This document shows positions 51,988 to 64,000 of a stretch of 64,000 nt of DNA, one piece after another. How positions within the stretch are numbered: position 1 is the first letter of the stretch; every line of letters begins with the position of its first letter. The notes under the pieces are model-generated. The model did not search any database, had not been told where the DNA came from, and saw only the letters and a list, made by a program, of their open reading frames with translations. Position numbers and translations under genes: made by a program. Source of the stretch: Guillardia theta CCMP2712 (taxonomy: Eukaryota > Protista > Cryptophyta); NCBI RefSeq assembly GCF_000315625.1, contig NW_005434478.1, positions 1 to 64,000 on the forward strand, in the 5' to 3' direction.

Positions 51988-53747
51988 CGGAGGTGCCGCG
52001 CCCAGTGCCATGACTCGGGACGATTTCGAAGTCACTGAGCGGCCGGCAGTCACTGCAGTGAAGAGTCCCAGTACTTGAAAAGCCCGGGCCCGGCCCGGCC
52101 GCCGCCGAGCCCGGCCTCCCCGGCCGCGCACCGTCTTGTGAGAGCCGGGCGGCCGGGACTCGTGACTCCGGGACTGGCAGCCACTGAGATAAAATACTTC
52201 TTAATCACCTCTTTTGTACCAGCGCCACCTGGCAGATGGAATCTCCGGTAATGCATTAAAACTATTTACTATTACAATACTTATTGAAGATACAAATTTT
52301 TAAATAGTTTTACAGCCAGGGAAGGTACCTGGGTGGGGTAGGTCACTCTCAGGGGTAAGGGTGGTCCCTTCTGTGTACGTACGGGTATGAGACGTAAGCT
52401 TCAACACTCCTTGTGGGGGTCATGTCAGCGTGGACAGGCAGGGTCATCGTTGGGCGATTTGCTATCAAATGAAGGGTGGGGTGATTGAACTGGGGGTAGG
52501 GTACTCCAACCATATATTTTCCATAGGGAAGCAGATGGACAGGAACAGAGGGTAGGGGTACACAAGGTGGGGTAGTGCTGCATACAAAGAAGGGACTACC
52601 TGAGGAGGGTTTAGAGGTGGAGTGACTAGAGGGTAGGGGTGGTCATGAGGAAGGGTGTAAGAAGATGGAGATTGGAACATAAAAATCAAGGGTGGGTAGT
52701 CAAATACCCGTACTTTATCGAGAGAACATTGGTCATATGTACCGGTATAAATTAGTTTGAGGTGGTAGGGGTCATAGATCAAGTGTGTCATGGATAAAAC
52801 AAACAGAGTCCAACCTGTACCCTACTTGTTTTTGAAGCTGGCACTATTGGTGGATTGATTTCAGCAAAAATTCAATAAATGGTTATGTGAATTTAAAATG
52901 ATAAAGAGCATGACTCGAGTTTTGGAACATTAGTCTAAAATATTCTGGCCATCTTTGGAAGGAACGGTGGCCTCGATTTCTCGTTATTTGAGGTCATGCA
53001 TTAGAGGCCGAGAACATAGAACATGCACGAGTAGCGAGGAGTGAACATCAACATAACAATGAGCGATGAACGATGTAGACAAAGGCATAGACGATGCAGA
53101 AGCAAAAGATAGAGCAGACGATGTTCATGTATCAAAGATGAAATTACGCGGGAAGCGATCATAGGTCGAAATAAGCAGTCAGATTCTGCTCAATTTTGTG
53201 AGCATGACAAACTTTTTGGGATGGTAGTGAAGATGAGCACTCGAGAGTGTGGTTCCAGAAGCCTTTGATAACGTTGGATTCAATATGATGGATTGGAGCA
53301 GGAAAAGCGAGAAGTAGACAGAGCATAAGGGAAGGTTAATTGGAAGAAAGGGTTGCAATAGGAGGAAACAACATGCAATGGAGAAAATGAGTTCGACGTC
53401 AATCAAAGCAACTGTATATAAGCTATTCCAAACAATGGCTGAGACTCTTGTCTTTGATTCATTGTTTGGATGTTTTTTTTGTGTTGTAAGCCCGTTAGTT
53501 TTGTTGTCTATCGTGCACGACAAAGGAGTATTTTCATCATGAAGCCTCTGGCTGTAAATAATTTGTCTTGTTCTACATCTCACACAAGTTTGGTCTGTGA
53601 TATGATATAATGTGAAGTCCGAAAACGATTAGTGGTTTCACAGAAAGAAATTGTTGGTTGTTGTGGATGATGGCCAATAGAGGGGAATGACTCTGTCTTT
53701 GCTCAGTTGGCGAATAGGAACCAGTAGTTGAACAGCTCAGATTGAAG

Positions 53748-54603
53748 ATGATTCGCAAATGTGTTTTGGTGGCTGTTGTCGGGATTTTGGGATGCAACTC
53801 GGTGTCGGCCTTCAGTCCTTGTACTCCGATGAAGTTGGCTGGCAATTCCGTCCCCAAGGTAACTAGCTGCGTTAAGCTTGCTCCCCAATTGACATGAAGT
53901 TATCCAGATCGCTCGGTGTGCTAGGCCCTCTTCCTTGACGTTGAAGGCGAAAGAGAACTCTAAGATGGAAAAGTTTGTCCAGAGCTCGAAGACCCTTGCT
54001 CTCAGTTTGGCTCTCGCGTTCGGAGTGGCTTGTCCTCGCAAGTCGAATGCTCAGTATGCAATCAGTGCAGATGGAACCTTCTATGAGCAGGTTGCTACCA
54101 AGGAATCCCCTGACTTTATTCGCGGTGGATTCTCCGCTGCAGCTGCTATAACAACCTTCGGATCCATCACTGCTTATGTGCTAAAGAAGGAGAAGCAGGA
54201 ACTTGATGAGTATGCGGAGCAGTACGAGCAGGAATTGGGCAGGTTGGAGAATTTCAAGCAGGAGTTTCTTGATGGTGTTCCCTCGGACAACTCGCTCATG
54301 GCTTCATTGAACAAGGCGATCAGAGGAGAGACCAACAAAGAAGAAGAAGAGGACGAGTTTGAGAAGAACGTTAGGCTGTTCATGGAGGAGGAGCAGAAGA
54401 AGGAGGAAGATAAGAAGAACAATGGTGCAGGATATGCCAAGCAGGGTGGGGCGACTCTGCTTGAGAGACCTTCCGATCCCAATGGCAACGAGAGCGAGGA
54501 GTGGATGAAGGACGTTGTGTTTGAGGACAAACCCGCTGCGATCGATGAGGAACAATTGAAGGCTCTACAGCGCATGTTTGGGGGAAGCGATAGCAGCAAG
54601 TGA
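53748..54603 (+). CDS. Probable plastid-targeted membrane protein of unknown function
   Basis: MIRKCVLVAVVGILGCNSVSA-FSP is a signal peptide followed by Phe (ASAFAP-type). One intron at ~53859-53907, one TM segment and an acidic C-terminus. Confidence 0.7.
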
Positions 54604-54739
54604 AATGTTTGCACGTTGGTTCCATGCTGATGTATAAATAGTAAATAGATTTAGTTCCTTGCTTGCTTTTAATTGTCGAATAAATACAAACGCTTTGACT
54701 CGTCGGTCGAACGTGGGAATGAGGTTGAGGTATTTACAA

Positions 54740-56226
54740 CTTGAAGACTCGCGGACTACGATCTAAGATGTGATGAAGCCAGTGTGAGCCTGATTCAGCT
54801 CAGAAGCCAAAGTCTTTATGTGCCTATCGATCTGTCGGCAACAGGTCTCAGTGAGATACGTAACAGATGCAAGAATCACTATGTCGAATACCTCTGAGCT
54901 GTCCATGAGCAGCTTCTGTCCTAACTCTTTGTTTTGCATGCGCCAATCTGATCACAGAGCATCACAGACCTCCTGCATTGAACTTCCCGACCATATTTCA
55001 AGCTCAACCTACCGTCAGAGTATCGTCGTCTTCGGCTGTTTCCGAGTTCAGAATGAGCTATCCCATGAATCGAGTCAGTACAAGCACATAAGGTGATAAT
55101 TGCATCTCCATTTGATGGTAAAACACGTCCCATAAGAACTGGACGAACCTGTGGCCTGCTTCTTCTTTTGCTCGTTTCGGACTTGCATGTTCTTGAGTTC
55201 ATCGTTCAGAAGACCTTTCTTGGCTTCTTCACTCAGCTCTGTTCCAAGAAATCGTTATTGAAACTTGATGAGGCATTGAGTATCACCTAATGGGGCGACT
55301 TCTGTCTCAGGCGGTGCCTGTTTCTCTTGCCATTGCTGAATTTTATCCAACCTTTTCTGGACGGTTTCTCTTTCAAACTTGAGCTCCACCATCTGCCGTC
55401 ATGCATTTGTCATTCGATAGAACTGATGAAGATCATATATTGCCTGGGAAAGAAATGCTTTCTTCTTCGCCTCCGTATCCGTCTTCTTGGATTTGCTTTC
55501 TGGGAGGCTGTGCATTTCGTTGTTGAGATCCTTAATCCTCTTGTCATAATCTATCTTTTGCAAGATCAGTCTGCTCGAACATCAGTGAATATGAAAGTTC
55601 GAACAAGACTATGACCGGTCAATCTCCTTTCCAACGTCACCATGGCAAACCGGTACTACTTCATCCTTCTTGAAAGTTAGCTCTATGGGGATACTCTCGT
55701 TCTTCTTGCTCCTTTGTTTCTTGTTTTTGCTTCTTGACTTTACACCCTTTTGCTTCATTTCACTCTCCGTGATGAAATCACGTGAATTTGCTGATATTGT
55801 AGTAGTCTTTGATATGTCTGAGTCAGATTTGATACGTTCGTCCCCCTCGTGCGGCAAGTGAGGCCAAGTCGATGCTTGTTCGAATCCTGGTTGGAACATG
55901 TTTCCCAGCGGCTCTCCCTGCAATCTCCATCCCTCAGGTATTTGGGAGATAGAGACAATCTCCTTCCAAAGATCAGATAGGAACCAAGAGCTCTGACGTT
56001 CATTGCCAACGGATTCGTCGGAATCGATCCTACATGCCGAGTGATTCTGCAGACGATCGGAATGTTGTGGGATCCAGGCATCTCTTCGATGAGCAAGGAG
56101 CGATGTGTCGTATGAGTACGCACCACTGCCCACGTGCTTGGCTACTCTTGTCCTATGTACTCCCGCCTCATCCTCTTCCTCTTCCTTCGCTTTCCTTTCG
56201 TCGCACCAACACGCGCCTCCCTGCAT
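54740..56226 (-). CDS. Multi-exon hypothetical protein
   Basis: ORF 55609-56226 plus downstream Lys-rich exons with GT-AG introns. No family recognised. Confidence 0.45.
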
Positions 56227-57675
56227 GGATTCGAGTCAACTACTGGAGGTTGTAAACCAGGATGACCCCTACCCGCAATCCTGGCATGCCGTTGACTACC
56301 CTACCCTGCTACATTCCAGCAACATGACCCCGGGGATCAGGGTTCAACGGTCCTCGTGAGCTTCTACTACCCCCCAGTAGGACTCCCAGGGGGTCAGTGC
56401 TGCTGGATCACTCAGATCACTTCAATCGGATAACAGAGTGACGCTGTAACTTTGAATTCTTGTCTCAGTATTTCAAATTTAGCCAAGATCCAGGTATCAC
56501 TAAATTGAAATGCTTGTTATAGGACTCTGGTCAGGGTGGTACAGAAACGGATTTTTTCAACTGGAGGGGTCACTGGCCCCTACGTAAATGGGGACCAGAC
56601 TGGGTGGGGTGGACAAACGATTCAGTCATGTAGGGGGTCGCTTCCACTGATATGGGGTACTCAAAAAAAAACCTGGAACAAAAGTAAAAAAGCCCTAGAA
56701 GTTGACGAGCAAGGGGTCCTTCCTCCAATGGAACGCTGGGGTTTGGAGGGGTACAGGTCGTGTTAAGGAGGGTTGCCGCGACTCTGGGGAACAGCAGCAT
56801 TCTTGGCAAGTTGTACCCCCTTCAAACAGGTCGAAAGTACCGGTGTGTTTGCAAGACAAGCCCTTCGGTCCACAAAGAGCCAGAGAGCCGTTACGCAGTT
56901 CCACCCAGGACTAGGGTGGGGTACTTCATTCTAGAAGGAGGGGGTATAGGAGGAGGAGCTCTAGAGGGGGTGCTACCGGTCAAAATGGGGGTATTCGTTT
57001 ACATAGGGGTACAGAAGGGAGACAAGAGGGGTAGTGGAGGAGTAAATCGGGGGTAGTACAAGAATGCAAAATGAGACTACTCGTATCCTGCGCTACATGG
57101 GAGGAGGGGCAGAAGGAGAGCAGAAAGAAATGCCGAAAGAGGGTGTACTAGAAGAGGAGAAATGCCTTGGAAAGCGACGGATGAAATGAGAGGAGAGCGA
57201 GAACAACAGTAGAAGGGCACTGAACCTGGAGGAACCAGGTTCGACAGCAGTGGTCAAAGAGAGGTTAAAGGCGGAGAGGTCAAATGGAGCAAGATGAGAG
57301 ATAGAGAGCTGGTAACGATTCAAGTAGATACGGGTCAAAGTGGGTGTGGAGGAAAGAGCCAAGACGGCAGTTGTAAAATTTACAATAAAGGAGCATCCAA
57401 CAACGGGGGGAGGTCAGGGGAGGTCAAAGTGAAGTACCTGAGGTTATGGGCGATCCCTTAACAAGGATGACTAGAAAGGACAAAAAGACGCATTGCAGAA
57501 AATGCTCAGAGCCGGTCTCGCCTGCACAACAGTGAGCAGGCAAGAGAATAACAGGACAGAGGACAAGTGACATGAGAACAAGGTGTGTTGTTCACAAGAC
57601 GACAACCAAGCCAGAGAAGTCAAGTGAAGATTGAAAAACTTGTCCTGTAATTCTTGAAGCTGCACAGAGAAATCA

Positions 57676-58370
57676 TGATGGGGTTCTGGTACTGGATCAT
57701 TAGTATCATGCGGAATCTGGCAGTGAGGCTGGCGGCTGCTCTGTATGCACTCACATGGAAGCTTGATCATGATGTAAACGAAGTTTTCGAGGACACTGAC
57801 ACGGAGGACGAAAAGTCACCATTGAAGATCAAAGTATACATGTCTCCCAGAAGATCAAAAAGCACCATCACTGTCAAGGTGGAGCATAGCAATGTCTTGA
57901 GAAGAACTTCTCCTAAACCCGTATGTTCTGCACCTGCTGTGCCCAAAAGGTTTTCCGACCCTGAATTGATCAAATGCAGCCCCAAGAATTCGAGTGGGAG
58001 CAGGTTTTATGCGAGTGTTGTCAGGCAGGAACAGGAGCTGATGCTGTCTCGAACATCTTCTGTGAGTGAGTCTCCCAACGCGTCCATATGCTCTCGGTTG
58101 GACGAAAGTTTCTCCAGATGCACTTCAGTCGCTACCTCGTTTCCTTCATCCGAGTCCTCTCCCTCCAGGGAAAGCACAGTCGAATCTCCCGTCCTATCTA
58201 TTCGCAGTGCTGCGCATACTTCTATCGCTCGCACATCTTCTGCTCCTGACCTCACGGAAATGAAGTTTTTGAGCGCCTCTTCTCCTCCCAGGATTGGGTC
58301 AGCTAAGAACACCTACTCTACATCATGTGGCTCGAAGTTCTATGCCCATGTGCTCAGCACAAGAAGATGA
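57676..58370 (+). CDS. Ser-rich hypothetical protein
   Basis: Open frame of ~230 aa with a twice-repeated GS(R/K)FYA.V motif. Confidence 0.55.
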
Positions 58371-58699
58371 ATCCTCTCTGTGCTGTTTCTCCATTGAGAA
58401 TGACAAAAAAAACTTGAACTGAAGGGTCTTAGTCAAACGTTTGCACGATAAGACCCTTGCAGACAAGATCTGCTGTGTTTGTGTAATGAAAGGTTTTGTT
58501 TCCCATGACTTGTCTGCATCTCTCCCCTTCCCTTTCCTTCCCTGTCTGAATCATTTTCTACTCAGTCCGGTGAGAGGTAGAGAGGCCCTGATGAGCGGTA
58601 ACATGAATCGGCCGGATGTGCACAGCCAAAATCCTTCTTAGAAAAAAGTTCTCACCAAGATCTTAAGTGACAAACGATATTTGTTGATGCAAACGATGT

Positions 58700-59672
58700 T
58701 TCTCGATGTTCTCCCCGCTAATTTTCTTCCCCTCTGCTACTTCTCTTTCTTCTTTGGAGAGGTATTCGTTGCCACGTGCATTGAAAACGAAAAGAGGCAT
58801 TGAGTGCACGAGCAAGCAATTGTTGTGTCTACAGCCCTAGCAGATGCAAGACTAGGGTTGGAGAAAGCTTCTGGTCGTACTGGCAGACGGGGAGTGAGCA
58901 GTTTATTACACGTCTCCTGTCAGTTCTGACCAGAGTCTTGCTGCATTCCACCAAGCTTTTGCTTCAGAGTTTGTTGAAACCAAGCTACAGGATCCGCGCT
59001 TGCCGGCATCGTAGAATTCCCCTCGTTAACAGCATCCTCGGCTAGAGCTTGGATTGCTTTCCTCAGTTCAATGTTTCTTTTCTTCTCCTGTAGAAACCTC
59101 TCCAGCCGATCGTTTTCCGACTGCATTCGCTCAAGCTCTTCTTCTGACGGGACAGGATTCCTGAAATCGAAGACACTGGAGCTCGACACGACATTTTTCT
59201 GTTGTGTACTGGAAGACTTGGCTGGAGCTGTGTCCTTTGTAATCGACGCGTCATTGTCTGCCTTCACTGATTTGTCAAGTTTTTGTGTCTCTCCAACGTC
59301 AGGAGGGAGTTCCTTTCTCTTAATGCTGGTCAAGTCATCCACCAATTTTTCATCCCCTGTCATGATTTCTCCGCTTCGCTCCTCGTCCGTCTTGAGCCTC
59401 GGCAAAAATTCTTGAATGTTCCATCCCCCCCTCATCCTGATCACAGGAAGCATCGATCCTGAACTGATCTGGTGCCTGTGCAGCCAACACGGGCAGCCAT
59501 GAGATCGGGTGGAGCAAGAAGAGGAAAGGCTGGAAGAAGGGGACGAGACGAGGGATGGCGCAGGAAGAAGACATGATGATGATGACGAACATGATGATGA
59601 CATTGTGTTGATGACCAGCAGCGCAACCACCATGCTCGCCATCATCCCTCCTTTCGACCTCTGAGCCGCCAT
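58700..59672 (-). CDS. Hypothetical protein with signal peptide, Ser-rich leader and RMRGG motif
   Basis: ORF 58920-59681 has MMASMVVALLVINTMS, a poly-Ser stretch, IRMRGG and a coiled coil. The 3' end is uncertain. Confidence 0.55.
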
Positions 59673-60296
59673 TGTAAGCAAGGTTCGTCGTACAAGAATC
59701 CTACAACAAAGTTTAGTTAAGACAAAGTAACTAAACCCATGGAGGTGGATCGGATCCGATGATCCGAACGGTCGGACTCCGGCGGCGCGAGCCGCCTCCG
59801 AGTGGCGCGGCGCCCGCGCGGCGGCCCGGACTCCCCGAGCCCGGGCCCGGAGCGGGCCCAGTCAGGCCGCCGCTGCAAGGCCGGGCAGCCGGGCGGTCAT
59901 ACGGACGGTCGGGCGGCCGCCGGGCCCTGCCGCGCGGCGGGGCGCGCCGGGCCGCTCAGTAGACGGACACTGACAGGTCACCGGGTTCCATGCCGCTACC
60001 ACACTGAGGCTGAATTGTCGGAAACGACGTCGGTGAAGGTTCGGTGGACCCGTTGGCTGTTCAACGGTTCAACGGTTCCTCACTAAGCACATTCAGAGCA
60101 CATTCCGACAGTACTGATGTGAATACGTTTATTTCATACGAAAAGGAGACAGTCGGCAAAACTTGAAAGAACAGAAAATTGATTTTGCAAAGAAAGCTAG
60201 ACAGAAGAAAACAAGTATACACTGGCAGTCAAGTCGCGGGAAGAGATTTAGAAGCACATGTGAACAAAACATCCTCAGTCGGATCAATGCATGCTG

Positions 60297-61562
60297 TTAG
60301 GGTTCATCATCTGCGCTTGCATGAAGCCATTCCGAACTTGCTGCTCCATGTCCCCAACAGCGGAAGGCCCGTGAGGAACGACCATCGTTGCCCGCCCTTC
60401 ATGAAGATGTCAGTTTACATGCATGATACACTATCCATATCCCTTCCCCCTTTTCTTCCTCTAACGCGAACAAGGATATCATACAAATGCCAATACAGTA
60501 AATAACATGTCATCGAATAACAAGCATTGCGATTCGACAATGACTACCTGAATGTGCGAACTCCTTCAACACATCCAAGTACTGCGTCACAAGCATCATG
60601 TGCACCACCTCTCGTGGCTCAAGCCCGCACCTGCCACGCTCCTCAGCTCCTGTGTCACACACCCCGCCCCCTGCCCCATGCCCTCTCGCCCTTCCTCTTC
60701 CCCTTGGCTTTCTCTCTCACTTGCCAGCTCCCCCCCCCCCCCTCCCCCCTTCATCTCGACCCGCTCTCCTCTCGTCTACTCACGATTCCTGCATCGACTC
60801 GATGCTGTTCTTGAAGCCATCCGTGATCGCCTGCCTCATCATCGCAGTACCCTTGCCTGACAGATGCTTCGCCTCCGCGTCCGCCTCTGCTGCTCGCACT
60901 TGCAGGATCTTCTCTGCCTCTGCCTTCTCGATCGCAGCCTCTCGGTTCCTCCTAGCCGCGTTGATCTGGTTCATGGCCTTCATCACCGTGGAGTCTGGCT
61001 GCATGTTGGTGATGAGCGCTTGGTGCACTTCGATGCCATACGGCTTCATGGAAGACGCGACTTGCGCCTTCACCGCGTTCGCCATCGACTCCTTGGCCTC
61101 GAAAGACTCGTCTAGCGTCATCGTCGGGATCTGAGAGCGGATGCAGTCATCGACGTAGGCTGTGATCTGCATGTGCGGGTTGTGGAGCTTGAAGTAGTAC
61201 TGGTCGCACTCCAACGGGTTCACCGAGTACTGGATCGCGCACGTCACAGTCACCGTCACGTTGTCCTTGGTCTTGGTGTTGGTGTTGACGTCGATCTGCG
61301 TCACCTGGCACAGACCACGCCCGTCACTTCCCCGCCCTCCATCGCCAGAGCACACACAAAGTGCTCTACCCTCGACCAGCAAGCATGCACGCACGCAGCA
61401 CAAGTTGCAGCAAGGACGTACCTTGATGCTGACTCCGTCGACAGTCTGGATGGGCCACAGGATGATGCTACATCCCGGGTCGAGGATGTGAGAGAACTTG
61501 CCGCAGGACTGGACGATACCTCTCTGACTTTGATCTATGCAGGCACAGCACAGGAACGACAT
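60297..61562 (-). CDS. SPFH/band-7 protein, HIR (hypersensitive-induced reaction)-like, copy 1
   Basis: TKTKDNV, QITAYVDDCIRSQIPTMTLDESFEAK, AMNQINAARR, KAEAEKILQVRAAEADAEAKHLSGKG..RQAITDG and MMLVTQYLD. Four exons. Confidence 0.9.
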
Positions 61563-62794
61563 TGATCTGCAAAATCTCCAATGAGCGCACAACCAATTTT
61601 TCGAACAGTTTGCGAACGGAAAACAAAAAAAGAGATATCTTACGATACTTCTTCTGGGTTTCTTGCTGATTCCTATTGAGTACAGTCATCTACCGTCATC
61701 ACACATATTATCTCGCTTCCTGCCTCCCTCATTATCCTATCTGATGCCCAGTCAACACCAAAATGTTCTATCCATGGTCGCAACCTTTGATCACTTCCCA
61801 TTTTGAAGGTACCAAGAATTCTGTTCCGCCTAAATTACCATAGGGTGCTTCGATCCTTAGTGTGGCCTTAGGGAGGTCCTAGTCTCGGTCCCAGTCATAC
61901 CCCGGCAACAGATGGATGAGGGCCTAAAGCCTCAGTAAAACGGAGATTCCGAGGGGGGTAGGGTTGTAGGATTTCAGTGGGTAGGGTTATGATACTTGGG
62001 GGTAGTGGGAGAGACATCGGAGGGGGTACTTGGCAAGGCTGTGTGTCCATTTTCTAGTTTTGGAAGGAGGCTCACAAAAGATTTAAAAGGTGGGCAATGG
62101 AGGGGTGGGGTAGAGAAAGAGGAAGCGATAGAACCGGGTCTATTATCGGTCAGATAAAGGGGTCCAATTTCAACTTCTGTACGGGGTCGCAATCTGCGAC
62201 AGGGTGGGTCTTGTTTTGAAATTTCTTCTATTGAATGGGGTGGGTCCATTTGCGATGGGGCGTAAGGGGTAGTCAGGCGCTAAAGTATGAGGTGGGTTGA
62301 AATAAGGGAAGGTTTCGGAGTGAGGCCTATTCGGATAGGGTATACAATGCTGAAATCGGAGGTGGGGTATTGGAATGAGGGGTGGGTTGTGCTCAAATTT
62401 ATGGACTTTTTCCGAGCGGGTAGGGTGGTGGTTACAATTTCAGATACGAGGGGTGGTTCTGGAGGGGGTAGTGAGGAAATTTTTGAGGGATGTAGAAAAA
62501 TGCTCAAGGAGAGGGAGAGGAATGCGTTTGATAGAGGCGAGATGAGTGTTTGATGTTGATGGAACAGAGTACGCTCCAACACTGAATGATTGATAGAACG
62601 AAAAAGCGAAAATTGGCCCGAAAAAACCTAGGAACTTCTGTGAACTGTCGATCCCTACTATGCTTAATAATTGCGCTTGGACCTGCCTCATTAATGAAAT
62701 GTCAATTGAGCAATGGAAGCTTCTTTCAAAGCATGATGATAAAAAAACAGCTTGATATTTGATATAGAAAACTCACACGAGATTTTGCAGATCA

Positions 62795-64000
62795 ATGTCG
62801 TTCCTGTGCTGTGCCTGCATAGATCAAAGTGAGAGAGGTATCGTCCAGTCCTGCGGCAAGTTCTCTCACATCCTCGACCCGGGATGTAGCATCATCCTGT
62901 GGCCCATCCAGACTGTCGACGGAGTCAGCATCAAGGTATGTCCTTGCTGCAACTTGTGCTGCGTGCGTGCATGCTTGCTGGTCGAGGGTAGAGCACTTTG
63001 TGCTCTGGCGATGGAGGGCGGGGAAGTGACGGGCGTGGTCCGTGCCAGGTGACGCAGATCGACGTCAACACCAACACCAAGACCAAGGACAACGTGACGG
63101 TGACTGTGACGTGCGCGATCCAGTACTCGGTGAACCCGTTGGAGTGCGACCAGTACTACTTCAAGCTCCACAACCCGCACATGCAGATCACAGCCTACGT
63201 TGATGACTGCATCCGCTCTCAGATCCCGACGATGACGCTAGACGAGTCTTTCGAGGCCAAGGAGTCGATGGCGAACGCGGTGAAGGCGCAAGTCGCGTCT
63301 TCCATGAAGCCGTATGGCATCGAAGTGCACCAAGCGCTCATCACCAACATGCAGCCAGACTCCACGGTGATGCAAGCCATGAATCAGATCAACGCGGCTA
63401 GGAGGAACCGAGAGGCTGCGATCGAGAAGGCAGAGGCAGAGAAGATCCTGCAAGTGCGAGCAGCAGAGGCGGACGCGGAGGCGAAGCATCTGTCAGGCAA
63501 GGGTACTGCGATGATGAGGCAGGCGATCACGGATGGCTTCAAGAACAGCATCGAGTCGATGAAGGAATCGTGAGTAGACGAGAGGAGAGCGGGTCGAGAT
63601 GAAGGGGGAGGGGCGGGGGATGTGACACAGGAGCTGAGGAGCGTGGCAGGTGCGGGCTTGAGCCACGAGAGGTGGTGCACATGATGCTTGTGACGCAGTA
63701 CTTGGATGTGTTGAAGGAGTTCGCACAGTCTGGTATGTATATGATCAAAGCATGCTGTGTGTTATTTTGTTTGAATATTGTTGTATGCTCCATTCCCTTT
63801 AGATTGGTTTTTTCTGTTGGATTTAGTGTTAGTTGCCGTGAGTGGAAGCAGGTTCCGAGGTACAGTGATGATAGAAAAAGAATGGTGTCATGTGCTAACC
63901 TATTTAGATTTTTGTCTTACTCCGACCTGCATGTTTCTGTTGCGAAAGGTTATGAAGTCTTGACGTGCTGTGTTTCAGGGCGGGCTACGATGGTCGTTCC
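62795..64000 (+). CDS. SPFH/band-7 HIR-like protein, copy 2 (runs off the window)
   Basis: Near-identical inverted copy of 60297-61562. Confidence 0.9.

Noticed and set aside
52900-53700. AT-richer stretch with short ORFs, possible decayed gene or TE
   Set aside because: No recognisable motif or termini.

Overview
Gene-dense eukaryotic nuclear DNA with many short (~45-80 nt) GT-AG introns. Bipartite signal + 'AF' plastid presequences point to an alga with a complex red-derived plastid, most likely a cryptophyte such as Guillardia theta (inference). About 18 intron-split genes are visible: an adenylation-like/DOT1-like methyltransferase, a TIM-barrel protein, a PA14/bulb-lectin/SRCR receptor, a Cabin1-like protein with a PHD finger, a katanin-type AAA ATPase, a WD40 protein, a VTT/DedA membrane protein, a UDP-glucose dehydrogenase, a giant TRANK1-like ankyrin/RelE-like/UvrD helicase with a poly-Q tail, and an inverted pair of SPFH/HIR genes. 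The main hidden signal is missed by the ORF track. It is a decayed Fanzor1 (eukaryotic TnpB-like RNA-guided RuvC nuclease) at ~26545-28918 (+), with all three RuvC motifs and the zinc finger readable across frameshifts. A candidate omega-RNA/right end follows at ~28977-29091, and an ~0.87 kb insertion splits the gene. The window also holds six 3'-end copies of an RLE-type non-LTR retroelement. Copies lying in the CCGG/TGA-rich intergenic tracts carry many short word-like insertions, suggesting a local indel-mutagenic regime. Exon boundaries were read by eye and are approximate.
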